From Candidatus Coproplasma excrementipullorum (GTDB lineage: Bacteria; Bacillota; Clostridia; Christensenellales; Borkfalkiaceae): a stretch of 64,000 nt of DNA. The stretch's first letter is position 1. Each line of letters starts with the position of its first letter. Where the stretch lies: positions 832 through 64,831 of the forward strand of contig DVNU01000089.1 in the NCBI GenBank assembly GCA_018714165.1. The letters are read 5' to 3'. Shown in pieces: positions 62,423-64,000 of this stretch. Both the position numbers and the translations under genes were made by a program. Under the pieces are notes generated by a model, which was given only the letters and a program-made list of their open reading frames with translations, was not told the origin of the DNA and ran no database searches.

Positions 62423-63844
62423 ATGGAAGAGAAAATCATAAAAACCGCTTCAAAAAAATCGGGCACAACCGATTTAACGCGCGGAAATGTATGGAAGGTA
62501 CTGCTTTTGTACTGTCTGCCCATATTCGGCAGTGCAATGGTTCAGCAACTCTATTCGCTCGTCGACCTGCTCGTCGTAGGCAACTTTGCGGCCAACTCAA
62601 ACCTCGCCGTAAACGCCGTCGGCAATGCCACGACCGTTGTCAACATTCTTCTGGCCTTTGCCCTCGGCGCAAATGCGGGATGTTCGGTAACCGTTGCCAA
62701 GTACTTCGGCGCAAAGAATCACACCAAGGTCAGGGAGACGGTAAACACCTCAATAATAACTTTCGCCGCTCTCTGTGCCGTCACCATGGTGCTCGGCTTT
62801 GCCTTCGGAAACCTGTCGATGGACGCTCTCAGCGTTGATGCGTCCTACCGCGCCGATTGCCTTACATATCTGTATATATATGCCGGTTCGCTACCTTTTG
62901 TGTTTTTGTACAACACGGGCTGCGGCATCTGCTCGGCCATGGGCGATTCCAAAACGCCCTTCATATTCCTTGTGGTATCCTCGCTGCTGAACGTCGTTTT
63001 GGATCTCGTTTTTGTCTGTGTGTTCCACTGGGACGTGGCGGGCGCTGCCTGGGCAACCTTCATTTCGCAGGCCATATCCGCCGTTTTAACGGCATATGTG
63101 CTGGCGCGCAAGCTCAAAAAGCTCCCCTGCGAGGATAAGCCCAGGATTTTCGTCAAGTCCATCAGCCGCGACCTCATGATAACTTCCGTGCCCGTCATAT
63201 TGCAGAACGCCTTTGTGTCGGTGGGTAACTTCTTTGTAAGCAAGCGCATAAATTCCATCAGCCTGGACGCAACCACCGGCTTTACCGCGGCCTTCAAACT
63301 TGTATCTATGGCAAATATGGGCGTCAGTCAGATGACCTCCGGCCTTGCCAACTTCTGTTCGCAGAACAAGGCGGTGGGGGAGAACAGGCGCATACTAAAG
63401 GGCTTTTTCGCCGTGCTTGTCTATTGCCTCATCACCAATGCAATATTTATGGCGGCCTTTATCTCCGCGCCCGAATTTTTCACGCGGCTGTTCGTCGATT
63501 CTGAAAAGCTCACCGCCGACGCGCTGGCGTACTCCTGCAACTTCATCGTGATAGTTTCGTCCTTCCTGCCCGTCGTCTGCGTAAAAATAGTCTGCGACGG
63601 CACCGTGCGCGGCTGCGGCGGCAACCTCGGCTTTACCATTTCAACCTTTACCGACCTTATACTGCGCGTGGTATTCGTCTATATTCTCGTCGGCCCCTTG
63701 GGCTTCCACGGCGTAAGCTGGGCTTGGGCCATCGGCTGGTCGGTGTCGATGTTCGTCGCCGTTGGTTTCTTTTTGGCCATTCCCTGCCTGCGCACCGTGT
63801 TCTTCAAAAATTACAAACCCAAAACCAAACCCGATTTGCAATAA
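62423..63844 (+). CDS. MATE family efflux transporter
   Basis: Twelve hydrophobic helices. The N-terminal sequence PIFGSAMVQQLYSLVDLLVVG is typical of MATE proteins. Confidence 0.8.
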   Translation: MEEKIIKTASKKSGTTDLTRGNVWKVLLLYCLPIFGSAMVQQLYSLVDLLVVGNFAANSNLAVNAVGNATTVVNILLAFALGANAGCSVTVAKYFGAKNHTKVRETVNTSIITFAALCAVTMVLGFAFGNLSMDALSVDASYRADCLTYLYIYAGSLPFVFLYNTGCGICSAMGDSKTPFIFLVVSSLLNVVLDLVFVCVFHWDVAGAAWATFISQAISAVLTAYVLARKLKKLPCEDKPRIFVKSISRDLMITSVPVILQNAFVSVGNFFVSKRINSISLDATTGFTAAFKLVSMANMGVSQMTSGLANFCSQNKAVGENRRILKGFFAVLVYCLITNAIFMAAFISAPEFFTRLFVDSEKLTADALAYSCNFIVIVSSFLPVVCVKIVCDGTVRGCGGNLGFTISTFTDLILRVVFVYILVGPLGFHGVSWAWAIGWSVSMFVAVGFFLAIPCLRTVFFKNYKPKTKPDLQ

Positions 63845-63865
63845 TGCTATCGCATATGGTGAAAT

Positions 63866-63891
63866 AGGCCGCGCCATTACCGGCGCGGCCT
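63866..63891 (+). terminator. Hairpin after the MATE gene
   Basis: Arms aggccgcgcc / ggcgcggcct. A second GC hairpin at 63912-63943 probably serves a minus-strand gene whose 3' end (stop codon at 63949-63951) enters the window. Confidence 0.55.
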
Positions 63892-64000
63892 CAGTTATTT
63901 TATTTATTTAAGGCGGGCGGGGCTTTTCAAAGCCCCGCCCGCCATGTTTTACTTTTCGTCCTGGCAGAGTATGTAGTTTGTATCCACGTCCAACGCCTTG

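Overview
This is a 64-kb chromosomal window from a moderately GC-rich, endospore-forming Firmicute that looks Clostridia-like. By eye, coding regions are roughly 55-60% GC and intergenic regions are AT-rich.

Most of the window is housekeeping genes in Bacillus-type synteny blocks:
- comEC-holA
- cdaA
- T-box-ileS
- feoAB
- yqfC-yqfD-phoH-pgpH-ybeY-era-yqzL-recO
- alr and 5-FCL
- rsmD-coaD, with ylbJ and a ylbK-like patatin gene
- DAHP synthase and pheA
- rarA

The less ordinary content, from left to right:
1. A lower-GC islet at the left edge, holding GNAT, XRE, a membrane protein and a YjzC-like micro-ORF.
2. An ECF sigma/anti-sigma pair. The anti-sigma ectodomain is paralogous to a lipoprotein encoded divergently next to it.
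3. A 1879-aa helicase-nuclease with DUF4011, an SF1 core, a Vsr-like segment and DUF3320. Its stop codon lies 2 nt before the comEC start.
4. cdaA followed by a 38-aa remnant of cdaR and then a DUF1015 gene.
5. A ~150-nt G-rich/C-rich inverted element, ending in (CCCCTAW)7, inserted between the ileS T-box terminator and the ileS start.
6. A partner-switching module in the order STAS, degenerate SpoIIAB-like protein, sigma, small HATPase protein.
7. A MinD paralog whose P-loop lysine is replaced, translationally coupled to a 71-aa ORF. It is divergent from a 2998-aa lipoprotein built from ~700-aa tandem modules.
8. An array of seven ATGAATT motifs and many short hairpins in the DAHP-synthase/pheA spacer.

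I did not see any rRNA, tRNA, CRISPR array, transposase or integrase. All product calls rest on motif recognition by eye and on synteny, because no database search was possible.
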